Source: Actinomycetota bacterium | Lineage (GTDB): Bacteria; Actinomycetota; Acidimicrobiia; Acidimicrobiales; Ilumatobacteraceae | Length of the DNA stretch: 58,187 nucleotides | Assembly: GCA_009923685.1 (NCBI GenBank) | Contig: RFTA01000001.1 | Location: 1 to 58,187, forward strand | Direction of reading: 5' to 3' | Shown here: piece by piece, positions 1-9,146 of the stretch | How positions within the stretch are numbered: the stretch's first letter is position 1 | How the letters are laid out: each line of letters opens with the position of its first letter | The notes under the pieces: model-generated | Databases searched by the model: none | Seen by the model: only the letters and a program-made list of their open reading frames with translations | What the model was told of the DNA's origin: nothing | Program-made: the position numbers and the translations under genes

Positions 1-1961
1 ATTTTTGGACACGGTGGCGAGTTGTATTCCCAGTCATCAGGCCAGTCTGCTCGGGGTGAAATTGCGTAATCTGCATCTGAGCCTGCCAACTGCTTGCAAG
101 CAATCTCAGCCATTAATGGATTGATGCTGATGTCTTCAAGCGAGATTATCCCAAGACCATTTTCGATGTTGCTCAAAATCTGAATTGCCGGGCCATTGTT
201 GCCGAAAAACAGGTATTTGCTGTCTTGATCGTTTCTGACCAATTCGCGCATCTCTTTGAAACTAGGTGGTTCGGTTAGTCGTGCGGCACCCCAGCTTTCG
301 CCATGGCCAGTTACGCGACGCCACTCAAAGGCTGGATTTGGTGCGCTAAACAACGAGACCAAGGGAACTAGTGCAACGAGGAATATAGGCAAAATGGAAA
401 GTGAAGTTCGTAGAGTGCTCGGAGGATTATCTCGCAAGTGTGAGTTTCTTAGAATTTGAATGTAGCTAACAATCGTTAGCGATAGCGGAATTAGAAACAC
501 AACAATCTCGGGCACGAGAGACCGACCTGTAAAATAGAAAAGCGTTGACGACCCCCAGAGCCCGGCAAAAGCGAGGACAATCGCTGTGCTCGAATCTTTG
601 ACGTTTAGCTGCTGCAATAACCCTTTGCCAAACAACGCGAGTGTTCCAATTATTGCACTTGTTCCCAAAACTGAATAAAAGAAAACCCACAGTCCAAAAT
701 CAGGCATTGGTAAATTCATATAGCCGTCAAAACCGTGTACCTGAATCATCGCTAGCCAGGTAGAGATTTGTAGTGCGTCTCCGAATAAGGCATAGATAAA
801 AAAGATTGAACCGAAGGTCACCAAAGTCGAAACTACGGTAATCGCGAAGATGAGGGTTGAAATTCTGCGGCTTGATAGAAGAGCAGACAAAATTATTACG
901 ACCGCTATAGCCGCAGGAATACCGAATTCGGGATTATTGAATGCAGTGATGCCGGCGATAACTCCGACTAATACAGCGGTCCTCATGCTTGCAAGGCGGA
1001 TCTCTGCCTTGTTGAGTCGTAGAAGCGTAAACAAGAGAATTAAAGGCAAGATTGTGCGAGCCGGCACCAAGTTCATGTGTTGAGCGATGCTTCCCCAGAT
1101 TTCTTGGTTTGGTTGAACCTTAATAAACACCACCGATGTGGTCACCATTAATGCCACGCCCCATGACTTGAGATAAAGAACGTATTTAGTTATCAAAGCC
1201 AGAATTACGACTTCGGAGATAACTAAAAAGTTGACCCAAAGTAATGCCGAATTGACTGTAAATGATGGGGAGATGAAAGTAGTGAGTTTTAGAGGGAGGC
1301 CAAGGAGTCCAACATATTGGGGCATGACTTCGTTATATGGCCATTTCCCGCTCGCCTGAATTAAAAAATCATTCAAAATGTACTTTGAGTGATGTAGCTC
1401 AATAAGTCCATTAAAAGGTTGGATAAAAGATGGTAGGTAGTAGATAGCGAAGACAATTGTTGCGAAAACGTTAAGAAGATAAGAATTCAAACCGCCGTAT
1501 GTGGCTATCGGCCAAAACTTGCTTGTAACTAAAAATATGCAAACTATGCCCATGAATAACAAAACAAGTGCGAGTTTGTCGCCCCAGCCAAACCAAAGAC
1601 GGGTACCTAAAGACTCAAACATCTCGTCACCCCAGCGCCACCCAAAACTAACTATTAGAAGGGCTATCGAATAAATTGCGATCAGGCTCTGTGATTCAAC
1701 GATGTATCTCGAAGCAAGAATTCTAGGCAAGGCTAAAAATCCGATTGCGCAAATCAACAGAAGGAGAATCACCGTCATTCGATCGGAAATTTCTGTTGGA
1801 TCTAATTTTGAGAAAAAAGCGACTCTGCGAAGTGCCCTGGAAATCGGGTCACCAAAAACCATGTATCCAGTGAGTGATGTGGCGATAAGCGCAAACGAAA
1901 GATTGAAAAGAGCAAATAATCGCCCGTAGTCGTTTTCTGTCTTTTGCTCAGAAGAATTCAC
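1..1961 (-). CDS. Large polytopic integral membrane protein; its C-terminus runs off the left edge. It may be a GT-C-like cell-envelope glycosyltransferase, but function is not established.
   Basis: Hand translation of the minus strand, in the frame whose codon low ends fall on multiples of 3, shows no stop from position 3 up to the in-frame TAA at 1995-1997. The ORF is absent from the track because it has no stop inside the window. Candidate starts are GTG 1959-1961 or ATG 1860-1862. The translation has many hydrophobic segments (e.g. LLLLICAIGFLALP, ALVLLFMGIVCIFLV, VLVGVIAGITAF). A hydrophilic C-terminal part follows (..FEWRRVTGHGESWGAARL..). Confidence 0.6.
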   Translation of the reverse strand, partial: MNSSEQKTENDYGRLFALFNLSFALIATSLTGYMVFGDPISRALRRVAFFSKLDPTEISDRMTVILLLLICAIGFLALPRILASRYIVESQSLIAIYSIALLIVSFGWRWGDEMFESLGTRLWFGWGDKLALVLLFMGIVCIFLVTSKFWPIATYGGLNSYLLNVFATIVFAIYYLPSFIQPFNGLIELHHSKYILNDFLIQASGKWPYNEVMPQYVGLLGLPLKLTTFISPSFTVNSALLWVNFLVISEVVILALITKYVLYLKSWGVALMVTTSVVFIKVQPNQEIWGSIAQHMNLVPARTILPLILLFTLLRLNKAEIRLASMRTAVLVGVIAGITAFNNPEFGIPAAIAVVIILSALLSSRRISTLIFAITVVSTLVTFGSIFFIYALFGDALQISTWLAMIQVHGFDGYMNLPMPDFGLWVFFYSVLGTSAIIGTLALFGKGLLQQLNVKDSSTAIVLAFAGLWGSSTLFYFTGRSLVPEIVVFLIPLSLTIVSYIQILRNSHLRDNPPSTLRTSLSILPIFLVALVPLVSLFSAPNPAFEWRRVTGHGESWGAARLTEPPSFKEMRELVRNDQDSKYLFFGNNGPAIQILSNIENGLGIISLEDISINPLMAEIACKQLAGSDADYAISPRADWPDDWEYNSPPCPK

Positions 1962-2003
1962 GGGTGTCCAATCAAGCGATATTAGATAGTTAGATTACAA
2001 GGC

Positions 2004-3977
2004 GTGGTGGAGCGGGGGGAAATCGTTTGGACGCCGAGCGATAAGTGGGCGAACAAAACGCGCCTATTTGAGTTTGCAAACGCTGTTGGGTTTGACGAAC
2101 TGCACGAATGGTCGGTGCAGTCGCCCGACGAGTTCTGGCGTAAAACTTGGCAGTTCTGCGGTGTTGTCGGCGAACAAGGCGAGCGTGCGATACATAAAAC
2201 TACGAATCAAAATGATGTGTCGGCGCAATTCATAACCACTCGATTCTTTCCAGATGCCAAAATCAGCATCGTCGAAAACTTCTTAAAGCGCAGTGGCAAT
2301 GGTGAAGCGTTAGTTGCAATAGACGAAACTGGCAAACGTGCCTCGCGAACATGGGATGAGCTGCGACACCGCGTCGCAAGCCTCGCGAGTGCGCTTGAGA
2401 CTATTGGTGTTGCAGAAGGCGACAGGGTGGTCGCGTGGCTTCCGAACGCAATCGAAGTTGTCGAGACGATGCTGGCAGCGGCTTCGATTGGTGCCATATT
2501 TTCGTCATGCTCGCCAGACTTTGGGGCACAAGGAGTCTTAGATCGTTTCAGTCAGATTACGCCAAAAGTTCTGGTCGCTACTGACTCATATATATATGGC
2601 GGTAAAAGGTTCGACTGTCTCGAGCGTCTGGCCGTCGTGCGCAAAGGCTTGCCCTCATTAAAAGCGACTTTGCTGGTTAGGCAGAATGCGAACACGATGC
2701 CACACGAACTAGTCGACTATGAGTCGTGCTTGAAATCTGGAGCCAACACGCCTGTCGCACCACGCAGATTCAAATTTGATCACCCGTGGTATGTGCTCTA
2801 TTCGTCGGGCACGACTGGAGTACCAAAATGTATTGTGCATCGCACTGGCGGCGTCTTGCTTCAGCATCTCAAAGAGCATCAGCTGCATTGTGATATCAAG
2901 AACGACGATCGGGTGATGTACTTCACGACAACTGGTTGGATGATGTGGAATTGGCTCGTTTCGGTTCTCGCAAGTGGCGCCACCGCCGTGCTTTACGACG
3001 GTTCGCCAAGTTTTCCGACGATGAATCGACTATTTGACCTTGTCGACCAAGAGCAACTCACCCTGCTCGGCACATCAGCCAAGTTCATCGACTCGGCTCG
3101 CAAGTCCGATATCAATCCGATCGCAACACATTCGCTAAAAACTTTGCGCACGATTTGTTCAACTGGTTCGCCGCTTGCTCCTGAAGGTTTTGGTTGGGTG
3201 TATGAAAAAGTTGCGACCGATGTACATCTTGCATCAATTTCGGGCGGCACCGATATTTGTGCATGTTTCGTTGCTGGCGACCCGACAAGCAGCGTTCACG
3301 CCGGTGAGATTCAACGCCCGTGTCTCGGTATGGATACTGACGTCGTTGATGACCAAACGCACTCGCTCAAAAAGAGTTTCGATACTGCCGGTGAACTGGT
3401 TTGCCGTCAACCATTTCCGTCGGTGCCGCTCGGCTTTTGGGGTGATGGATCATCGGGTTTGCCGAGCCCTGATTCGCCAGGGCCAAAGTTTCGCGCCGCC
3501 TATTTTGAGAGATTCCCGGGAATGTGGAGCCATGGCGACTTTGCATCATGGTCAAAAAATGGCGGCATGACGATTCATGGTCGAAGTGATACGACTCTCA
3601 ACCCCGGCGGTGTGCGAATCGGAACCGCCGAAATTTATCGAGTCGTTGAACAACATTCGGACGTGCTCGAAAGTCTCGTGTTTGGTCAAGACTTTGACAA
3701 CGACGTGCGCATCGTGCTGGCGGTGAGGCTTAAACCAAATGCAGTTTTCTCCGATGAGATAATCGCCGACCTAAAGTTGCGCATTCGCAACGCGTGCACG
3801 CCAAGGCATGTGCCTGCAGTAATTATCAGTGTCGCCGATCTGCCTCGCACGCGCAGCAACAAACTTGTCGAATTGGCTGTTGCTGATGCGGTCAACGGTC
3901 GACCAGTGCGCAACATCGAAGCGATTGCCAACCCCGAAGCGATCACGGCGATCGTTGAAGCGTTAAAAGTTAATTAG
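2004..3977 (+). CDS. acetoacetyl-CoA synthetase (acetoacetate-CoA ligase, AMP-forming)
   Basis: 657-aa ORF with a GTG start. It has the AMP-binding motif YSSGTTGVPKCIVH. The N-terminus (..WTPS..) and C-terminus (PRTRSNKLVE) are typical of this family, as is the length. Confidence 0.85.
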   Translation: MVERGEIVWTPSDKWANKTRLFEFANAVGFDELHEWSVQSPDEFWRKTWQFCGVVGEQGERAIHKTTNQNDVSAQFITTRFFPDAKISIVENFLKRSGNGEALVAIDETGKRASRTWDELRHRVASLASALETIGVAEGDRVVAWLPNAIEVVETMLAAASIGAIFSSCSPDFGAQGVLDRFSQITPKVLVATDSYIYGGKRFDCLERLAVVRKGLPSLKATLLVRQNANTMPHELVDYESCLKSGANTPVAPRRFKFDHPWYVLYSSGTTGVPKCIVHRTGGVLLQHLKEHQLHCDIKNDDRVMYFTTTGWMMWNWLVSVLASGATAVLYDGSPSFPTMNRLFDLVDQEQLTLLGTSAKFIDSARKSDINPIATHSLKTLRTICSTGSPLAPEGFGWVYEKVATDVHLASISGGTDICACFVAGDPTSSVHAGEIQRPCLGMDTDVVDDQTHSLKKSFDTAGELVCRQPFPSVPLGFWGDGSSGLPSPDSPGPKFRAAYFERFPGMWSHGDFASWSKNGGMTIHGRSDTTLNPGGVRIGTAEIYRVVEQHSDVLESLVFGQDFDNDVRIVLAVRLKPNAVFSDEIIADLKLRIRNACTPRHVPAVIISVADLPRTRSNKLVELAVADAVNGRPVRNIEAIANPEAITAIVEALKVN

Positions 3978-4751
3978 TTAACGCTCTTCGTAATTCGGTT
4001 TCAAGTTCAATAATGGCAAATAGTCATCTAAGTCGAGCGCATCAAAACCGCCGATAAATAGTGCCGAAGTCGCATCGCCATTATTCGAGTCGCGAGTTGC
4101 CTCATGCAGGGCATTGCGTAGTGCATTTAGTTGACCATCGCCAATCGAGCGACTTGCGATGATCGGCAAACACGGCACGAGCGGACCATTGCAAATTACG
4201 AACAGAGAATCTATTGCTGCGCTGTCAATTCGTCGCAGATGTGCGAGCGTAACGCTGTCGATAGATGCGACGTCAGCCTCACCACGACACAACATACGCA
4301 CACTCTCGGCGTGCGAACCTGAAATTCGAACGTCGCCACGCCAAGATTCTTGCGGACCGTGAATCGCTGCGATCAAGCTGATCCATCCAGAGAGACTTTC
4401 AAGATCGTTGACTGCAGCAACCGAGCCTTGAAAGTCAAATGGTGTTCCGTCAACTCGTCCCAAAACGACGCTTCGATAAAAGTGGCTTGCAGATTCAGGC
4501 GTCGTTTGGCGAAACGCACCGACCACACGAACCTTTTCGGCAAGACGAGTTACGAGTGGCCAACCGCAGGTCTGGCTAACAAAAGCGCCATCGCTTTGCC
4601 AAAGTTTTGTCGGGTCGCTAGTTCGAGTTAGCTCGCGAGGCAACCAAGAACATCGTCTTGCAACGTCACTCCAGAGTTTGTCGTAAGCCCACGCGACATC
4701 TTCGAACGGGTAGAAACCCAACTCGGCAACAAAATTGCCTGAGTTACCCAT
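3978..4751 (-). CDS. PhnD/SsuA-like periplasmic-binding-fold protein without a recognisable signal peptide
   Basis: 257-aa ORF convergent with the upstream gene with zero gap. The pattern ..GSHAESVRMLCRGEADVASIDSVT.. resembles phosphonate-type substrate-binding proteins. The N-terminus (MGNSGNFVAELGFYPFED) is not hydrophobic. Confidence 0.45.
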   Translation of the reverse strand: MGNSGNFVAELGFYPFEDVAWAYDKLWSDVARRCSWLPRELTRTSDPTKLWQSDGAFVSQTCGWPLVTRLAEKVRVVGAFRQTTPESASHFYRSVVLGRVDGTPFDFQGSVAAVNDLESLSGWISLIAAIHGPQESWRGDVRISGSHAESVRMLCRGEADVASIDSVTLAHLRRIDSAAIDSLFVICNGPLVPCLPIIASRSIGDGQLNALRNALHEATRDSNNGDATSALFIGGFDALDLDDYLPLLNLKPNYEER

Positions 4752-4771
4752 ATTCTCAGGCTAGTTAATTT

Positions 4772-6070
4772 TTACGGATGCAACCCTCGCATGCGATGCG
4801 AATCGGCAATGGTCTTGATGCCGAGCACTGAGGCCGCCAATCGATACGGCAACTTCTGTTCAACCGAAAACGAGTGCAATCGCTTGAACGCCGACTGCAT
4901 CAACGAGATAACTTTTTCGTTGACTTCATCTTCGTCCCAACTCAAGTGTGCAAAGTTCTGACACTGTTCGAGGTAGCTGCAGGTCACGCCGCCCGCATTT
5001 GCATAAACATCTGGCACGACGATGATGCCGCGTTCGGTCAAAACCTCGTCGGCTTTGGGGGTCAAAGGTCCGTTCGCGCCTTCGACAACAAGTTTGGCTT
5101 TGATGTTTGACGCAATCGTTTCGTCGACTGCGTCGCCGAGCGCACAGGGCATGACGATTTCACACTCAACAGTGAAGACATTCGCCGCGCCAGCAGAGCC
5201 AACGCCGACTATTTCACCTGCACCAGTTTCAACGACGCTCTTTGCGCCTTCGCGCATTTTGCGATCGATCATCGCGATGTCGAGACCGCCGGCATTATGA
5301 ATCGCTCCACCGACGTCGGCGACTGCGACTATTTTTGCACCGCGTGCGTGCGCGAGTCTTGCCGCCCAAGCACCCACTTGTCCGTACCCTTGAATCGCAA
5401 TTCGTGAACCTGCCAAAGCCAAACCCATTTGCTGACCAGCGAGGGCAGCCGCTTCTACGGCACCGCGACCAGTTGCTGATTCGCGACCAAGTGAGCCGCC
5501 AAGCTCGATCGGCTTGCCCGTCACAACACCTGGCACGATGTGGCCGACACTCGCCGAATATTGGTCGAGCACCCACGCCATCACTTGGGCGTTCGTGCCG
5601 ACATCAGGTGCAGGCACATCTTTGTCTGGGCCAAGAAACGGAATCAATTCTGAAACGTAGCGTCGCGTAACTTTTTCGAGTTCTCGAGGTGTCAGCGTTT
5701 TCGGGTCAAATGCAATGCCACCTTTTGCTCCGCCGAGTGGCAAATTCATTATCGCCGTTTTCAGCGACATGCCAATCGCGAGCGCTACAACCTCGTCGCG
5801 TGTGACGCCTGGGTGATAGCGAATGCCGCCTTTGGCCGGACCACGAGTTGTGTTGTGATGAACGCGCCAGCCGACAAGATGATCACGCCTACCGTCGTCG
5901 TGTCGAAACGGTATCGAAACTTCGAGCACGCGTCGCGGGGCGATGATTGTCTCGATCAATCCGTCCTCAAGCCCCAACCATTCTCCTGCTTGACGAACAC
6001 GAAATTCGGCAGACTCAAGCGCGAGATCTTTCGGCAGGTGTTGCGAACTCACACGGCTATTCTGCCTCAT
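4772..6070 (-). CDS. gdhA: NAD(P)-dependent glutamate dehydrogenase (Glu/Leu/Phe/Val dehydrogenase family)
   Basis: 432 aa. It has the catalytic-lysine motif GPAKGGIRYHP, PLGGAKGG, and a Rossmann GYGQVG. Confidence 0.85.
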   Translation of the reverse strand: MRQNSRVSSQHLPKDLALESAEFRVRQAGEWLGLEDGLIETIIAPRRVLEVSIPFRHDDGRRDHLVGWRVHHNTTRGPAKGGIRYHPGVTRDEVVALAIGMSLKTAIMNLPLGGAKGGIAFDPKTLTPRELEKVTRRYVSELIPFLGPDKDVPAPDVGTNAQVMAWVLDQYSASVGHIVPGVVTGKPIELGGSLGRESATGRGAVEAAALAGQQMGLALAGSRIAIQGYGQVGAWAARLAHARGAKIVAVADVGGAIHNAGGLDIAMIDRKMREGAKSVVETGAGEIVGVGSAGAANVFTVECEIVMPCALGDAVDETIASNIKAKLVVEGANGPLTPKADEVLTERGIIVVPDVYANAGGVTCSYLEQCQNFAHLSWDEDEVNEKVISLMQSAFKRLHSFSVEQKLPYRLAASVLGIKTIADSHRMRGLHP

Positions 6071-6160
6071 TTGTGAATGTCTGTGGTGACGTGCCAGTCA
6101 ACAACTAGTTAAGTTTGAGCAAACCATTTCGATTAACGACTGCAAGTAGCGGTTATCTGG

Positions 6161-8443
6161 CTATTTCAACGGTCGTAACCGCGGCCACTTACCGATTTTG
6201 TCAAGGCCTGCAACGGTGCTGGCCATAGTTTCGGGTGATACCGGGTGACTAATCAAATAACCCTGAGCCTTGCTGCAATGCAAATCACCAAGCGCATGAA
6301 GTTGTTCGACCGTTTCGACACCTTCGGCAACGACATCGAGACCAAGTGAGTTGGCCATGGCAATGATCGTTTTTACCAGCGATCGGGCATTGTTGTCACT
6401 TGCTAATTCGTTGATGAAGGTTCGATCAATTTTCAACCGATGGATAGGGAACCGCTGCAAAAAACTCAACGACGAATATCCAGTGCCGAAGTCGTCAATG
6501 GCAACGCGCACGCCGACCTCAGAGAGCCTGCGAAGAGTGTCAAGCGCCTGCTCGGGTTGAGTGATCATCACGCCTTCGGTGACTTCAAGCCAAAGTTGGT
6601 CGGCTGGCATTCGTGACCGCATCAAGGCTTCGTTCACCACTGCGACAAAATTTGGGTCATGCAATTGTCGCGGCGAAACATTCACAGACATTGTTGCGTC
6701 GCGCCGACAAATGCCTTGATTGATCCAGCCTCGCAAGTGGGTGAGTGCTTCGAGCAATGCCCATGCACCAATCGGCACGATGATGCCTGTCTCCTCGGCA
6801 ATCGGAATGAACTCAGCGGGTGAAACATTCGTCCCATCTTCCATGTCCCAACGCATCAGTGCTTCGAAACCGATAACGTCACCAAGATCGATGTCGATTA
6901 TCGGTTGATGGACAAGCCGTAGTTCGCGTCGTTCAAGTGCACGGTAAAGCGCAGTCTCTACGGCAAGGCGTTGATTCACTCGCTCGAGCATCGACTTGTC
7001 GAAAATTGCGACACAGTTTCTGCCGGCGTCTTTGGCCCGATACATCGCAGTGTCGGCATGTCGCAGAAGGTCATCGGCACTGGTCGTAATTTCTGGTTCG
7101 AAAACCGCGACGCCGATACTCGCTGAAACAAAAACATCACCTTGGCGCAAAGCAAGTGGTTCATGAAAACTTTCAAGCACCATGTCGGCGAGTAGCACCG
7201 CGTCACTTTGATTCTTTGACTTAGCGTCGAGCACCACGAACTCATCGCCCGAAATTCGGCCGACTATGCATCGCTCGGGCAAGGCGACTCTGAGCCTTTG
7301 GGCGACCGATACTAAGACATCATCTCCCGCAGAGTGACCAAGGCTGTCGTTGATGTTCTTGAAACGATCAACATCGATGAACAGCACGGTTGGCGAATAT
7401 CCGCCGAATCGAGAATTTTCTATCGATGCTGCAACATGTTCGAGCATCAAACCCCTATTGGGCAAGTTCGTCAGCGCGTCGGTTTGCGCCGAGTCAATTA
7501 GGCGAGTCTGCAACGCTGCGTTCGATCGCACAGCAAATATCACGCGAGAAGTTACCGCTGCTGCCAACACAAAAATAGAAACGGCGCGCACTACACGGTC
7601 TGTTTCGTTGGTCGGATTGGTAAGTGCAAGCACAACAACTGGCACGACCAGCGCCGTGGTGGTCAAAATCAAACGACCGAGTAACGGCTGGCGTATGCGT
7701 CGTATTGAGTGCGACGCCAAAGTTGCAACACTCGGGTGAAGAACAGTTGCTGAAACCAAGAACAAACTCGCGATATACGGCGCGTTCGCAATTTCGTTCG
7801 AAATCTCGAGACGACCCGATTGATTCGTCGCATAAAAGAGATCGCCGATCAACGAGAATGCAATTGCACTACTTGCCAGCCATACTGCTGGTGTTCGTTC
7901 TGTCTCACCAAATAGCAGCGTGGCGAGCAAAAAAATCACAATCGCGCTAGATGCCAGAGTCGCCCCGCGCAGTGCGGTTACCGAGACGACATCAGGCGAT
8001 ATTTCTCTCGCTGGGTTTAAAAAAGTCACCCAAATCAAGAACCACGAGCCGAGACCAATTATCAGCGAATCGAAAACGACATTGACCGGGTCTTTACCGA
8101 ACCTGCGTTGAACCGTGATGAAAAGGCCCGTGACCAAGACCAACTGAACCGCGAAAAATAGAAATTCAGACGTAGCTTGGGCAAAAACAGTGTTCGCATC
8201 TCTTTGGTCAAAAATTTGGGCGAAAATTAGAACGACGATCAACAACAGCAATGCTGACCAAACTCGACGGTCAGGCTTGTTCACCCAAACTCCCAAAACT
8301 GAAAAGACAAAGACTTGAACCGTCGCCGTCAGGTAGATCGCGTCGGTTGATACACCCGCGAACTCGAACATGTGCAACCCTGAGGCGATGAAAGCGAGAC
8401 CGATCATCACCCATGCCGCACGAGAAACGGCTTTAGACATCAC
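6161..8443 (-). CDS. membrane-anchored GGDEF-EAL (c-di-GMP turnover) protein
   Basis: 760 aa. The N-terminal ~300 aa are multi-pass hydrophobic. The GGDEF domain has a variant SGDEF motif (GRISGDEFVVL). The EAL domain has EALMRW, DDFGTGYSS, KIDRTF and EGVET. Confidence 0.85.
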   Translation of the reverse strand: MMSKAVSRAAWVMIGLAFIASGLHMFEFAGVSTDAIYLTATVQVFVFSVLGVWVNKPDRRVWSALLLLIVVLIFAQIFDQRDANTVFAQATSEFLFFAVQLVLVTGLFITVQRRFGKDPVNVVFDSLIIGLGSWFLIWVTFLNPAREISPDVVSVTALRGATLASSAIVIFLLATLLFGETERTPAVWLASSAIAFSLIGDLFYATNQSGRLEISNEIANAPYIASLFLVSATVLHPSVATLASHSIRRIRQPLLGRLILTTTALVVPVVVLALTNPTNETDRVVRAVSIFVLAAAVTSRVIFAVRSNAALQTRLIDSAQTDALTNLPNRGLMLEHVAASIENSRFGGYSPTVLFIDVDRFKNINDSLGHSAGDDVLVSVAQRLRVALPERCIVGRISGDEFVVLDAKSKNQSDAVLLADMVLESFHEPLALRQGDVFVSASIGVAVFEPEITTSADDLLRHADTAMYRAKDAGRNCVAIFDKSMLERVNQRLAVETALYRALERRELRLVHQPIIDIDLGDVIGFEALMRWDMEDGTNVSPAEFIPIAEETGIIVPIGAWALLEALTHLRGWINQGICRRDATMSVNVSPRQLHDPNFVAVVNEALMRSRMPADQLWLEVTEGVMITQPEQALDTLRRLSEVGVRVAIDDFGTGYSSLSFLQRFPIHRLKIDRTFINELASDNNARSLVKTIIAMANSLGLDVVAEGVETVEQLHALGDLHCSKAQGYLISHPVSPETMASTVAGLDKIGKWPRLRPLK

Positions 8444-8499
8444 GAAAACGGTACTACAGATGTTCTAAACTTTTGATCGGCGGGGTTTTGGTCCCATAG

Positions 8500-9114
8500 T
8501 TGGCGTCTAACGCCAAGAAAGAACCCTTGCCGATGTTCGTCACCCGTCACTCCAACGTCGTTGATGTCGCGTTGCGTGAAAAATTGTGGCGACTTTATCG
8601 CACAACGTATATTTCGACCGCCGAGGCTACTGTCACTCACGAGATGCTCGACCAGCAAGAGTTCAATGAGCAAATCTCACGTGATTCGAATCGGGTTTGG
8701 GTGGTCTGGTGCGACTCGATTCCAGTCGCGATGACATTGGTTTCAACCGATGTTCGAGCAACCCGATGGCTAAGTGACATTTATTTCGAAAGACACTTTC
8801 CTGATCGATATCGCGCTGGTCAGGTGCATTACATCGTTTGGGTGGTGGTCGATCCGTCGGCAGATGCGAAAGGGGCGAATGTGATGCTCGCACGTCAGGC
8901 GTTGACCGCAGAGGCGCGAGATGGCGCATTGTTGGTTTTTGACGTGCCCGAGGTTCATCAACCTGGTGCCAAGGGTGGCGCTGCAGAACTGTTGTTTCGC
9001 ATGGCCAAGATGGTCGGAGATGTCGAACTCTTGCCGTTGTCAACGCAAAGATATTTTGCGCTCGACTTCGCCAAGCTGCCCGCTCTAGAAGAGGCACCCG
9101 AAGTTAATTTCTAG
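8500..9114 (+). CDS. hypothetical protein, possibly GNAT-fold acyltransferase-like
   Basis: 204-aa ORF starting at TTG 8500; ATG 8533 (MFVTRH..) is the more likely start. The segment VVVDPSADAKGANVMLARQAL weakly resembles GNAT motif A. No firm family was recognised. Confidence 0.4.
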   Translation: MASNAKKEPLPMFVTRHSNVVDVALREKLWRLYRTTYISTAEATVTHEMLDQQEFNEQISRDSNRVWVVWCDSIPVAMTLVSTDVRATRWLSDIYFERHFPDRYRAGQVHYIVWVVVDPSADAKGANVMLARQALTAEARDGALLVFDVPEVHQPGAKGGAAELLFRMAKMVGDVELLPLSTQRYFALDFAKLPALEEAPEVNF

Positions 9115-9146
9115 AAGGCTCGGCTCACGGTAGTCTTAAGCCAGTA

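Noticed and set aside
5242-5670. 142-aa plus-strand ORF inside gdh (and 5295-5576 on the minus strand)
   Set aside because: It is antisense to, or out of frame with, a well-supported glutamate dehydrogenase gene. Its extreme Arg content is typical of spurious frames.
8499-8516. 7-bp hairpin TTGGCGT-CTA-ACGCCAA considered as a terminator for the GGDEF-EAL gene
   Set aside because: It lies upstream (5') of the minus-strand gene rather than downstream and has no U-tract. It is only noted as a reason to prefer the ATG 8533 start for the neighbouring ORF.
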